Source: Eledone cirrhosa
Taxonomy: Eukaryota
Reading direction: 5' to 3'
DNA: 64,000 nucleotides
NCBI GenBank assembly: GCA_964016885.1
Contig: OZ024757.1
Location: forward strand, 28,024,001 to 28,088,000
Positions 1 through 12,995 of the stretch are shown here, piece by piece. Numbering within the stretch: the first letter of the stretch is position 1; each line of letters opens with the position of its first letter. The position numbers were made by a program, and so were the translations under genes. The notes beneath the pieces were generated by a model. That model worked only from the letters and a program-made list of their open reading frames with translations. It ran no database searches and was not told the DNA's origin.

Positions 1-343
1 TTTAAATTTTCTTTCTAGCAATGAAAGCAAAAGAGGAATTTTCATTGTTATTCTCTCTCTATAAGAATTTAGACTTATGCTGTTTATGTGCAATATGGCA
101 TGAGGGTTCTTTTTATAGGGCATTATATTGTTTTTTGTTGTTTTTTTTTGTAATTCTAGGGGTGTGTGCTGTTTTAGGAAACATGCTTAAGATGCACGAC
201 GCCAGAAAAAAATATTTGTTTTGCAAATTCAAGTCACTCATGCAAAAATTATCCTTTCAATTTAACATGTAATGTGATAAATTTTTCAAAGTACCTCATA
301 AATAAAGTGTACCATGTCTTGCCAAAGCAAAAAACAACAACAA

Positions 344-1511
344 TAATAATAATGAGGTTTCTAATTTAGACATAAGGCAAGAAATTTATTGGGAGCAGAC
401 GGTTATATTGACGCCAGTATTTGACTGATACTTTATTTTAACAAACTCAGAGGAGGAATGAAAGGCAAAGTTGACTTTGGCAGGATTTGAACTCAGGGTG
501 TAAAGAACTGGAACAAATACTGCAAAGAATTTTGTTCAATGCTCAAACAATTCTGCCAATCCACTGCCCTAATAATAATAATAATAATGGTTTCTGATTT
601 AGGCACAAGCCCAGCAATTTTGGGAGAGGGGAAAGTCGATTAAATTGCCCCCAGTGAATTACTGGTACTTTATTTTATCAACCTCGTAAGGATGAAAGGC
701 AAAGCTAATCTCAGCAGGATTTAAACATCGCAAAGGGGCGTAACCCTATGCCACAAAGCAAGTTGTCCGACGCTCTACCGATTCTGCCAATCCACTGCCC
801 TAATATTCACTTCTACTTTAGGTGCAAGGCCAGCAATTTAAAGGAGAAGGGAATGTTGATTAAATCGACCCCAATGCATTACTGGTGCTTTATTTTATCG
901 ACCCCCATAAGGATGAAAGGCAAAGTTAACATTGGCGGTATTTGAACTCAGATCATAAAGGGCCGTAACTCTATGCTGCAAAGCATGGTGTGCAACCCTC
1001 AACTGATACTGCCAATCCACCAATAATGGCTTCTCATTTAGGCACAAGGCCAACAATTTTGGGGGAAGGGAAAATCGATGAAATCGACCCCAGTGCATGA
1101 CTGGCGGTACTTTATTTTATCGACCCCTTAACGATGATAATAATAATAATTGTTTCTATTTTTGGCACAAGGCCAACAATTACCCCAGTACATTACTGGT
1201 ACTTTATTTTATCGACTCCGTAAGGATGAAAGGCAAAGTTAACCTCAGCGGGATTTGAACTCAGAACGTAAAAGGTCATTACTCTGTGCTGCAAAGCATG
1301 GTGTTCGCCCCTCTACCGATACTGTCAATCCAATAATAATCTACTTTTGGCACAAGGCCAGCAATTACCGCAGTGCATTACTGGTACTTTATTTTATCAA
1401 TCCTGTAAGGATGAAAGCAAAGTTAACCTCGGCGGATTTGAACCCAGAACGTAAAGGGCCATGACTCTGTGCTGCAAAGCCTGGTATCTGACACTCTACC
1501 GATACTGCCAA
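344..1511 (-). mobile_element. Head-to-tail array of about 6 tRNA-derived CORE-type SINE copies (some partial)
   Basis: Repeated units with B-box (GAGTTCAAATCC on minus), CORE-like GAGGTTAACTTTGCCTTTCATCC...GATAAAATAAAGTACCAG and (ATT)n tails. Confidence 0.85.
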
Positions 1512-1570
1512 GGAGGAGGAGGTAACACTTCTTGCAGTAGTATATAGTGTGCTTCCTTATGGACTTAGAT

Positions 1571-1630
<60 letters not shown>

Positions 1631-2866
1631 TATAAGGAGGGGTATAGGTGGTATTTGACTGGCAGTGTTGGGGGGGGGGTGTAGCAGGTGGTGAGTGCAT
1701 AGTGGGTATATGGGCTGATGGGATACAAGGGGTGGTCATATGTGTAACATAAAGGGTGGTTGTGTGTGTGTGTGTGATGTATAAGAGGTGGTGTGTGGTG
1801 TGAGAGGTGCATGGCTGGGGTGTAAGGAGAGGTGGTGTGGGGGTGTGTGAATTATTTTGGCATATTTATAGAATTAAAAACAAATTGCTGTGGTTTGTGG
1901 AGATGAGTGTGTTGACAGGCTGGCGTGGGAGGTGAGGGTAGCCTCGTTATATAATTAAAATAATTGATTTAATTATTTAATTAAAACATCAAATTAATCA
2001 ATTGGAGAAGGTATCTGTATGTGTGAGTGTGTGTGTGTTTGGTGCACGTGAGTGTGTGTGTGCGTAGTGCATGTGTGTGTATGTAGTGCATGTGTGTGTA
2101 TATGCAGTGCATGTGTGTGTATGTTGTAGTGCATGTGTGTGAGGTGCATGTGTGTATGGTGTGTGTATGTTTGGTGCATGTGCGTGTGTGTGGTGCATGT
2201 GTATGATGCATGTGTGTGGTACATGTGTGTGTGGTAGATGTATATGTGGTGTGTGTGGTGCATGTGTACATGTGTGTGTATCATCATCATCATCATCATC
2301 ATTTTTACGTCCGCTTTTCCATGCTGGCATGGGCTGGACAAGATATTCTGAGACAATGTTTTATGACCATATGCTCTTTTTGACACCAACCCTTTTAGTT
2401 GGCTCCTTAGACAAGCAGGAATACAGCGTGCCTATTCTAAAAACCAGGATGCACACACGACTTCAACTTGTTTCCAGAAGATTTTTTTTCGAAGATCTTG
2501 TCGGGGTGCAATATGATGTGGTGTGGTGTGATGTTGTGTGGTGTGATGTAGTGCGGTGTGGTACAATGCTATGTTGTGTGGTACGATGTAGTGTGGTGTA
2601 GTACAATGTGATATGATGTGATGTGGTGTGATCTTGTGTGGTGTTATGTAGTGTGGTATGGTACAATGTGATGCGATGTGGTTATGATGTTGTGTAATGT
2701 GGTACAATGTGATATGATGTGATGTGATGCAGTGTATTTTGTAGAGTGACACAACGTGATGATGTGTGATATGAAGCAATGTGGTATGATGCGATGTGGC
2801 TATACACCTGGCATATATGGTAACAAGAAGACAATACAAAGTGCATTTGACATAAGATAAACCTAC

Positions 2867-3049
2867 CAGTACAGTTTAGATAGGGTCCACGCCATTTGCC
2901 CCGAAAACACCATGCCATGTCGATCCCTGTCTGATGGAATCCTTCATTACATTTATATGACACCGTGCTTTTTTCTCGAAAGTTCTTCTGGTTGGGATAA
3001 GATGTAATAAGCTTAGTATTTTCAACAGCCGGAGGTTTTCCACACTGTT
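2867..3049 (-). CDS. Sushi/CCP-domain exon (third of three seen): QCGKPPAVENTKLITSYPNQKNFREKSTVSYKCNEGFHQTGIDMAWCFRGKWRGPYLNCT
   Basis: Acceptor ttacag (3050-3055), donor gtaggt; 183 nt, phase 1-1; four Cys with Pro-Pro and Trp in CCP spacing. Confidence 0.9.
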
Positions 3050-4365
3050 CTGTAATATATAATGATATATGGGAGAAAGAAAAAACAATAAAAGAAAACA
3101 TATAAAAATGAGAAAACTCATTGCTAGAACAGCTGTTAAAACAGCTAAATGCTGTCAAAGACAGTGATGGGCAAAAATTCCTCAGAGGACAGAGACCAGC
3201 AGCCAGTGGTCAGTGGAGAAACAATCCACAAGGTGGGTGACAGGCAGATGAAACACAGAAAACATTGAAAAAGGAGGAAGATAAGGGGAAGTGTACTAGT
3301 GCACAGAAGTGACTGGAAGAAGGAAGTAAAGAAAGGCAGTGTACAAGACACATATCTCCACCCTCATCAGCTCTCAAATCAGCAAAATACCCCTATCCTT
3401 CCATTCCAAACCAGCAAAATACCCCTATGCTTCCATCCCAAACATATTAACTATGTTTGATGGACACATACCTTTATGCTATCCCAAACATGTATAGATA
3501 TGTCTGATGGGAAAATGCTTTCTTCCACATTACCTCAGGTTCAAGGCCCCAAGAGAAATGTTGAAATGTAGAACAAGTTTGCTTTGAGGACCCCAGGGTT
3601 GGGGTTGAGCATGGAGTTTCTCTCAAAAGTTAAGGAGCGGGGATTGGCAAGGGATTTTTATGGGTCTATCAGATATTCACAGGCTCCCTCCTTGACTTTC
3701 CAGACCCCAAGCCACAGGCCACCCAGCCACCCCGCTCCCATCATAAAGGTCCTACTCTGGTTCTTCTCAGGTTCACCAAACCCTTGTAAGGGAAATTCAG
3801 TTTACACAAACATTGCATGAAAACATATACTGTATCTGTTCTTGTGTGGTAGACATAATCCATCACCCAGTATATCACACACAGGATCGGAGCTTATTTG
3901 GAGCTAAACAATGATTTTTAATCTAAACACAAGGCCTGCAATTTGTGGGAAGGAGAAAGTCAATTATATTGACATCAGTATTTGACTGGTAGTTTATTTT
4001 ATCCATTCCAGTATGACGAAAGGCAAAATTAATACTGGCAGGATTCAAACTCAATATGTAGAGAACCAAAAAGCATTTTATTTGATGCTAATCCATCGCC
4101 CTTGCCTGGGGTTAAATAAGGACTTCTAGCTTAGGCACAAGGCCTACGATATGCTGGGAGGGGAAAGTTTATTATATTGATCTCTACACTTGACTGGTAC
4201 TTTATTTTATTGACCTCAGTGGGATTTGAACTCATAACATAAAGGGTCGTAACTCTATGTCACAAAGCATGTTGCCCAACACTCTACCGATACTGCCAAT
4301 CTGCTACTCTGGAGCTAAATAATAACAACAGCAACAAATGAAAAATAAATGAGCTGCTGACTTAC

Positions 4366-4542
4366 TAATGCAGAAGAAACTGGGGGCCTTCCATTTTCCA
4401 TTGCGACACACAGTAGTGGCACTTCCGAGAGTCAGTCGACCATATTTGCACCGATATTCTATCACCATATATGGTGGGTAGTGGTCTTTGGTAGAATTGA
4501 CAGGGTAAGCTTTTGGTGAGTCGGGAGGTTTGCCACACATCT
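4366..4542 (-). CDS. Sushi/CCP-domain exon (second): MCGKPPDSPKAYPVNSTKDHYPPYMVIEYRCKYGRLTLGSATTVCRNGKWKAPSFFCI
   Basis: Polypyrimidine tract with cag acceptor, gtaagt donor; 177 nt, phase 1-1; CCP consensus. Confidence 0.9.
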
Positions 4543-4555
4543 CTGGGGTGAGAGA

Positions 4556-4586
<31 letters not shown>

Positions 4587-4657
4587 TAACACTAACAAGC
4601 TCAAAGAAAAAAAAAAAAAATATTATCAAAGCCAGGAAGGTATACAGGTACACACCA

Positions 4658-4870
4658 TCATCATCATCATCATCATCGTTTAACGTCCATCTTCCACGCT
4701 AGCATGGGTTGGACGATTTTGTGTCACTTGAGGCAAGATTAGTCAGGTGACCATGTCTCGCTCGTATAGAACTGTATCTGGCAGGTTTTCTATGGCTGGA
4801 TGCCCTTCCTAACACCAACCACATTTACAGTGTGGACTAGGAGCCTTTTTACCGTGTCTCCTACACACCA
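4658..4870 (-). mobile_element. RTE-LINE 3' UTR fragment with (ATG)n tail
   Basis: Similar to the 3' end of the RTE at 16018-16260 (cgtttaacgtcc...ggatgcccttcctaacaccaacc). Confidence 0.75.
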
Positions 4871-4873
4871 ATA

Positions 4874-5050
4874 CAGTGAAATTCTGTATTAACGTAATTC
4901 ACGGAGTATAAAAAGAAATTTGTTGTAATGAAAAATTCTTTATAACAAGATTGACTGAAACACATCGAGTTTGAGGCCGGGGATTGAAAATAATTTCATT
5001 ATACTGAAAAATTTGTTATAATGGTATTCGTTATAACGGAATTTTACCTG
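4874..5050. mobile_element. Tc1/mariner (pogo/Tigger-like) MITE
   Basis: Imperfect TIRs CAGTGAAATTCTG / CGGAATTTTACCTG, TA on both sides. Confidence 0.6.
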
Positions 5051-5707
5051 TATACCTACTGGAAACTATGCATCAAATGTGCACTCTGGTGAACCTACAG
5101 TAATTTGACATTACAATCCCTAAACTATATATTTATATATATATATTTAATATAGAAATGGCTTCTACAAGACTAGAACTGTTTCATTCCAAACCATTTC
5201 TATATTAAATATTTATACTCTGCTATGTATTGAGTACCTTACTTACTGTGGTTACTGCTGATTGAACCCGGGGTACACATATATTGGAAAGAGCTTAGAC
5301 TAGTAAGACCATTGTTCAGCTTAGTACTCGATACTTTAGAAAGTAGAGTGTAGGTATTATAATGAGTTACTGCCTAATGGCTGGGCTCTTGCCATTTCAA
5401 TGGCAAGATGTATATATATATACACACACACACTCAACAATAACAGTAAGGAATTTATGGTCATTTTCCATGCTAAAGCATGAGTTAGCCCTTCATACAC
5501 ATTGTCTTTGGGTTCATCATGTGGTCTTTTTTGAAGCAATGTTTTAAAGCTGGATGCCCTTCCTGGCACCAACACGTTTAATCACCTCTTACAACAGGTA
5601 GGAATACAGGGGAAAATTCTGTATTGTGAGTTAAAATGAACAGTCAGGGGTGATTTCATGTAGTTTGGTATCAAAATGAGGAATAATAAAACAAGAGGCC
5701 AACTTAC

Positions 5708-5926
5708 TTTCACATATCATGTCTGGGCCAATCCAATGTACTCTTTGGTGGTTCTTTTGGCGGTTCTTTATAATACACATGGCTGTTGTAATTCCAAATG
5801 CATAAAACTTATCTTTACATGTGTAATTGACGTAACCTCCAACTCGAACCCTCTGAGTATTTATTGCAACAGCGTTGTTTACTCTTGGAGGGAGGGGACA
5901 ATAGAGACGATTAACAATAGGGGAAG
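5708..5926 (-). CDS. Sushi/CCP-domain exon (first seen, absent from ORF track): SPIVNRLYCPLPPRVNNAVAINTQRVRVGGYVNYTCKDKFYAFGITTAMCIIKNRQKNHQRVHWIGPDMICE
   Basis: Manual translation; acceptor ttttcttcag, donor gtaagt; 219 nt, phase 1-1; joins in frame with the next two exons. Confidence 0.88.
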
Positions 5927-5976
5927 CTGAAGAAAATAGGATGAAATATTATAACATAAAATGATTTCTACTTTAA

Positions 5977-6199
5977 CTCTTTAGCATTTACATTACTCTA
6001 TATTTATACTATTGTATTTTCTCGGTAAAGGCTTTACCTCACATAATTATCTCCCATAATATCGAATCTAAGATATTTTGATATTAATTATTTTCAGAAC
6101 AACACCTTAACATCAGTATGAGTAACCAGTTACAGCTGGTTTGAACAGAAAGAGGTAAGAGAATTCTGGCCGGATATAGCCAATTTAAATGCTAAAGGG
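5977..6199. mobile_element. piggyBac-type MITE (~220 bp)
   Basis: TTAA flanks; TIR C(C/T)CTTTAGCATTTA / TAAATGCTAAAGGG; same family at 8578, 10813, 43885, 56661, 57111, 60537. Confidence 0.8.
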
Positions 6200-6841
6200 T
6201 TAACTCAGACAATATCAGTCAAGTTCATGTAACTAGTGCAGCCAGTCATTAGGGGTGCCAAAGAGGGATTTATTAATAGCAAGAGTTAATAGTTTAACAC
6301 TTTTCATACAAAACCATCTGAAACTAGCCCTCATTCTAAGACAGACATTTTTTACTGGTTACAACCAAGGAACTTCCCTAGATCCAGAGCTTGAAAGCAC
6401 TTCTGATCCACATTCCTTTTGGATGCCCTGACAATGGTCTCATTTGAAGCAAATTTGGCTGCTATTTTCAGCAAGGTGAACTGTGAGCATGTAGAGGGTC
6501 CTACATTAGTTTTGTGTTACATGGTACGGTGTAAAGTGACCTATTGTTTATATATGCATATGTTTCATGAGATATGGAGATTTTATGTAGGTATATATAT
6601 ATACATGTATTTGTATGTGAATGTGAAAGTTTTCATGTGTGTTATGATATTTTATTTGTATTTTGTATGTGTGTTGTATGGAATGTACTTCAGTCTGGAA
6701 TGTCAATAAAACTTAAAGTTGTAATATATATGAGTGTATATATAAATGTGTGTGCGTATGTGTGTATAAATATATATAAATATATATCATAAAGAGTCAG
6801 GACACCGACAGCTGAGCTCTTGCCGTTTCAACAGCCAGTTG

Positions 6842-6876
<35 letters not shown>

Positions 6877-7043
6877 ATATGTATATATAGAAGAAATAAT
6901 TGTTTCTACTTTTAGGCACAAGGCCAGCAATTACCCAGTGCATTACCGGTACTTTATTTTATCGACCCCGTATAGAAGAAATAATGAACATTAAATTATG
7001 GTGATGATGATATATATATTCACACATGCACAGTTTTATACAT

Positions 7044-7103
<60 letters not shown>

Positions 7104-8577
7104 GCATGTATGTATATATATGTATGTAAACAACAGGAAATAACAATCTCATGTATGGTTTCCATGATGACAATCCGAACAGTTTAACACACTCGTAAGA
7201 CATTTTAGAGGAAATGTGAAATTTAGTGTATTTTACTTCATTGTTTAACTTTTTTTTCACCCTTCTACATTAATCCACCTGAAACCGATAAAATAAAACA
7301 CCAGTCACACACTGAGATTGATTTATTCAACTTTCCCCTTTCCTTCAAATTGCTGGCCTTTTGCCTAAAGTAGAAACCATTATTTCTAACATTTAAAGTC
7401 TCAATTGTAATACTGTAGTTTTCTAATAAAATACACTATTTCCTACAATTTACACAATGCTTCAAGCAAACTACAACATCCCTTTAAATTGAAACGTTCT
7501 CTCCATAATTTTATGTAAGAAACTTTTGTTAAAATATCTTCTAAACACCAGACTAATATTGGTTTTAAATTAGGCACAAGGCCAAACATTTTGGGTGAAG
7601 AGGAAAGTTTAGTTAAAGAGACACTAGTACTAGACAGGCAATTTATTTTATCGACCCTACAAAGATGAAAGGCGAAGTTGACTTTGGCAGGACTTGAATA
7701 CAGAATGTACAGAGCCAGAAGAAATATCACAAGGCATTTTGTCCAACACCCTATCAATTCTAGCAACCCACCACCTTAAACTATAAATTAATATCAATTT
7801 CTTCTTTAGTCACAAGGCCAGCAATTTGATGGAAGGGATAAATCGGTTAAACCAACTCTGGTAACTGATTGATACTTTGTTTTAATGACCCCAGAAAGAT
7901 AAAAGGCAATGTTGGCCCCAACAGGATTTGAACTCAGAACATAAAAAGCTATAACTGTATGTCACAAAGCCTTTTGTCTGATGCTCTACTGATACTTCTA
8001 AGCCACTGCCCTCTCTCTAAATTAATAATTCTTCTGAACATTGGCACAAGGCCACCAATTTTAGGGAAGGGCAAAATTGATTTTAAGCCCCCAGCACATA
8101 ACTGGTATTTTTTTTATCAACCTTGGAAGGATGAAAGGTAAAGTTGACCTTGTTGAGATTTGAACTCATAAATGTTACAGGCAGACAGCATTTTGTGCAA
8201 CACTCTACCACTACTACCAATCCACTATCTTAAACTCCAGATTAATAATTCTTTCCATATATGGCTAGTAATTTTAGAGGAAGAGAAAAGTCAATTAACT
8301 TGATCACCTGTACTTGACTAGTATTTTATTTTGTCAACCACAAAAGGAAAGGTTGATGAAAGTATACAAATGGCAAAGTTGATTTCAACATGATTTAAAC
8401 TTAAAATATAAAGAGCTGGGACAAATACTACTATGACATTGTTCAATACTCTAACAATTTCACTAATCCACTAGCCTTAAGTTGGATTCAGTGTAATTTG
8501 AGCAGAGAGCACAGAAAGCTGAAATGAATACCACAACAACTTTCTATCCAACCTCTTTAACAATTGTGCCAATTTAA

Positions 8578-8798
8578 CCCTTTAGCATTTACATTATTCT
8601 ATATTTACTATTATATTTTCACGGTAAAGCTTTTACCCCACATACTTATCTCACATAATATCGAAGCTATGAGATTTTGATGTTATTTATTTTGAGAACA
8701 AAACCTTAATGTAGGTATAAGCGGCCAGTCAAAGCTGGTTTGAACAGAAAGAGGTGAGAGAGTTCTGGTCTGATATGGCCGGTTTAAATGCTAAAGGG
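8578..8798. mobile_element. piggyBac-type MITE
   Basis: TTAA-CCCTTTAGCATTTA...TAAATGCTAAAGGG-TTAA. Confidence 0.85.
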
Positions 8799-8984
8799 TT
8801 AAGGAGAGAGAAAAGTTTAGTAATTGACTGGTGCTTTATTTTTTGACCCCAGAAGGATAAAAGTCAAAGTTGACTCAAGTAGGATTTGAACTTAAAGCAT
8901 AAAACAGTGTAACTATATGCTGCAAAACATTTTTACTGATGCTCTACTCGTAATGCCAATCCACCGCTCTGTATATAAAAGTAA

Positions 8985-9325
8985 ACAGTAAAGAACCCCT
9001 TCAGTCATGAATAAACATGGGATTTGCACCTAGAAAGTTACCCTCTGAATCACAAGTCTAAACCAGGTTGTTTGTGGAAGACAAGCAGTCGATCATGCAT
9101 ACCACTCGCCCCTCTCCACACCACCAATTTTGTCCAAGAGAAAGGCAATGGTAGATACAGCTTGGCACCTGTGACGACACAACTCATTTCTTCTGCTGAG
9201 TAAATTGGAGCAATGTGAAATAAAGTGTCTTGCTCAAGGACACAAGGCATCAGCCGATCCGAGAATCAAACTCACATCCTCCCAATTGCAAGCCCAATGC
9301 TCTAACCACCAAGCCATGCGCCTTC
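8985..9325 (-). mobile_element. Second tRNA-derived SINE family (duplicate at ~11425-11765; fragments at ~13325-13480 and ~55840-55960)
   Basis: Minus strand starts GGCGCATGGCTTGGTGGTTAGAGC (A-box), followed by CORE-like TGTGTCCTTGAGCAAGACACTTTATTTCAC. Confidence 0.75.
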
Positions 9326-10933
9326 ATCTGAAGTATAATAATAGTTGTATATGTATGTATGTAAACAACAGGAAATAACAATCTCATGTATGGTTTCCAT
9401 GATGACAATCCGAACAGTTTAACACACTCGTAAGACATTTTAGAGGAAATGTGAAATTTAGTGTATTTTACTTCATTGTTTAACTTTTTTTTCACCCTTC
9501 TACATTAATCCACCTGAAACCGATAAAATAAAACACCAGTCACACACTGAGATTGATTTATTCAACTTTCCCCTTTCCTTCAAATTGCTGGCCTTTTGCC
9601 TAAAGTAGAAACCATTATTTCTAACATTTAAAGTCTCAATTGTAATACTGTAGTTTTCTAATAAAATACACTATTTCCTACAATTTACACAATGCTTCAA
9701 GCAAACTACAACATCCCTTTAAATTGAAACGTTCTCTCCATAATTTTATGTAAGAAACTTTTGTTAAAATATCTTCTAAACACCAGACTAATATTGGTTT
9801 TAAATTAGGCACAAGGCCAAACATTTTGGGTGAAGAGGAAAGTTTAGTTAAAGAGACACTAGTACTAGACAGGCAATTTATTTTATCGACCCTACAAAGA
9901 TGAAAGGCGAAGTTGACTTTGGCAGGACTTGAATACAGAATGTACAGAGCCAGAAGAAATATCACAAGGCATTTTGTCCAACACCCTATCAATTCTAGCA
10001 ACCCACCACCTTAAACTATAAATTAATATCAATTTCTTCTTTAGTCACAAGGCCAGCAATTTGATGGAAGGGATAAATCGGTTAAACCAACTCTGGTAAC
10101 TGATTGATACTTTGTTTTAATGACCCCAGAAAGATAAAAGGCAATGTTGGCCCCAACAGGATTTGAACTCAGAACATAAAAAGCTATAACTGTATGTCAC
10201 AAAGCCTTTTGTCTGATGCTCTACTGATACTTCTAAGCCACTGCCCTCTCTCTAAATTAATAATTCTTCTGAACATTGGCACAAGGCCACCAATTTTAGG
10301 GAAGGGCAAAATTGATTTTAAGCCCCCAGCACATAACTGGTATTTTTTTTATCAACCTTGGAAGGATGAAAGGTAAAGTTGACCTTGTTGAGATTTGAAC
10401 TCATAAATGTTACAGGCAGACAGCATTTTGTGCAACACTCTACCACTACTACCAATCCACTATCTTAAACTCCAGATTAATAATTCTTTCCATATATGGC
10501 TAGTAATTTTAGAGGAAGAGAAAAGTCAATTAACTTGATCACCTGTACTTGACTAGTATTTTATTTTGTCAACCACAAAAGGAAAGGTTGATGAAAGTAT
10601 ACAAATGGCAAAGTTGATTTCAACATGATTTAAACTTAAAATATAAAGAGCTGGGACAAATACTACTATGACATTGTTCAATACTCTAACAATTTCACTA
10701 ATCCACTAGCCTTAAGTTGGATTCAGTGTAATTTGAGCAGAGAGCACAGAAAGCTGAAATGAATACCACAACAACTTTCTATCCAACCTCTTTAACAATT
10801 GTGCCAATTTAACCCTTTAGCATTTACATTATTCTATATTTACTATTATATTTTCACGGTAAAGCTTTTACCCCACATACTTATCTCACATAATATCGAA
10901 GCTATGAGATTTTGATGTTATTTATTTTGAGAA

Positions 10934-11121
10934 TGGCGGTGGATTGGCAGTATCGGTAGAGGTTCGGACGCCATGCTTTGACGCATAGAGTTACGGCCCT
11001 TGCCATTCTGAGTTCAAATCCCGCCGAGGTTAACTTTGCCTTTCATCCTTACGGGGTCGATAAAATAAAGTACCAGTAATGTACTGGGTAATTTTCTGGC
11101 CTTGTGCCAATAGTAGAAACA
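10934..11121 (+). mobile_element. Young tRNA/CORE SINE inserted in the piggyBac MITE at 10813-11238
   Basis: Perfect 17-bp TSD GTTATTTATTTTGAGAA (10917-10933, 11122-11138); empty site in the other duplicate; 188+17=205 equals the offset change. Confidence 0.95.
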
Positions 11122-12309
11122 GTTATTTATTTTGAGAACAAAACCTTAATGTAGGTATAAGCGGCCAGTCAAAGCTGGTTTGAACAGAAAGAGGTGAGAG
11201 AGTTCTGGTCTGATATGGCCGGTTTAAATGCTAAAGGGTTAAGGAGAGAGAAAAGTTTAGTAATTGACTGGTGCTTTATTTTTTGACCCCAGAAGGATAA
11301 AAGTCAAAGTTGACTCAAGTAGGATTTGAACTTAAAGCATAAAACAGTGTAACTATATGCTGCAAAACATTTTTACTGATGCTCTACTCGTAATGCCAAT
11401 CCACCGCTCTGTATATAAAAGTAAACAGTAAAGAACCCCTTCAGTCATGAATAAACATGGGATTTGCACCTAGAAAGTTACCCTCTGAATCACAAGTCTA
11501 AACCAGGTTGTTTGTGGAAGACAAGCAGTCGATCATGCATACCACTCGCCCCTCTCCACACCACCAATTTTGTCCAAGAGAAAGGCAATGGTAGATACAG
11601 CTTGGCACCTGTGACGACACAACTCATTTCTTCTGCTGAGTAAATTGGAGCAATGTGAAATAAAGTGTCTTGCTCAAGGACACAAGGCATCAGCCGATCC
11701 GAGAATCAAACTCACATCCTCCCAATTGCAAGCCCAATGCTCTAACCACCAAGCCATGCGCCTTCATCTGAAGTATAATAATAGTTTCTACTTTTGGCAC
11801 AAGGTCAGTAATTATCCCAGTGCAGAAAGTAAATGACCCTAACTCTATGCTACATAGCATGGCGTCCAACCCTCTACCAATACTGCCAATCCACCGCCAT
11901 CAAAAGTATAATAATGACAATATTTTGACCTATTAACAATTACATCTACCTACTTGTTTAGTATTTCAATGTTATGATATATTTCTAACTATCATATTTA
12001 CATATACAGTTAGTATTTCAATGTTATATTTTGCTACTAACAGCATTTCTACTAAAAGTGTTCTCCTATTATCACTCACTCTTTCTATCTTTTGACAGCC
12101 TCCTACTTCAAAAGTATTACTTCTGTGTGACAGCAAATAAAAACACATGGCAAATTATTATATATGGATGATTCTATAAAAGTACATTGACCAAATGTTA
12201 CCAATCAGCTGAATTTTCCTTTACACATTTATTTATATTCTTAAACATTTTCTTTTGCTTTTTATTTTTTTACTCTGCAACTTTAAAATGGAAACAAAAG
12301 TTGCGATAA

Positions 12310-12995
12310 TGATAATTGTTTCTACTTTTGGTATAATTTAAAAGGAAAGGGAAAGTCAATTAAATCAAATCCGGAGCATAACTGGAAATTTATCTTATCA
12401 ACCACAGACAGATTGAAGGGAAAAGTTGACTCCAGCGGGATCTGAACGCAGAACGTAAAAAATCATAACTAAATACTGCAAAGCATTTTGTCCAATTCTC
12501 CACCAATACTGTCAATCTGGTATTCTAATGATAATAATAATCATTTCTACTCTAGGCACAATGCCAGTAATTTTGGGAAAGGGGAAGGTTGATTAAATCG
12601 GCCCCAGTGCAATACTGGTACTTTATGTTATCGCCCCTGTGAGGATGAAAGACAAAGCTAACCTCAGTGGGATTTGAAATCAGAATCCAAAGTGCCGTAA
12701 CTCTGTGCCACTAAGCATGGTGTCCGATGCTCTACAGATACAGCCAATCCATCGCCTAATAATAATAATATTAATGCTTTCTGATTTAGGCACAAGGCCA
12801 ACAATATTTTGGAGGGAAGGGAAAGTTGATTAAATCACCCCCAGTGCATTACTGGTACTTTATTTTCTCGACCCTGTAAGGATGAAAGGCAAAGCTAACC
12901 TCGGTGAGATTTGAACTCAGAATGTAGAAAGTCATAACTAAATACTGCAAAGCATTTTGTCCAATACTCCACCTACACTGCTAATCTGGCATCCT
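12310..12995 (-). mobile_element. Tandem array of three CORE-type SINEs
   Basis: Three ~225-bp units separated by (AAT)n tails. Confidence 0.8.

Larger units (their letters stand above)
7120..11786 (+). repeat. Near-identical tandem duplication: ~7120-9346 and ~9355-11786
   Basis: Identical ORFs at offset 2235 (7443/9678, 7959/10194) and at offset 2440 after the SINE insertion (9050/11490). Confidence 0.95.

Noticed and set aside
12080-12122. Minus-strand 43-nt AG/GT-bounded segment as an upstream Sushi-gene exon
   Set aside because: The frame needed to join the phase-1 exon has an immediate stop
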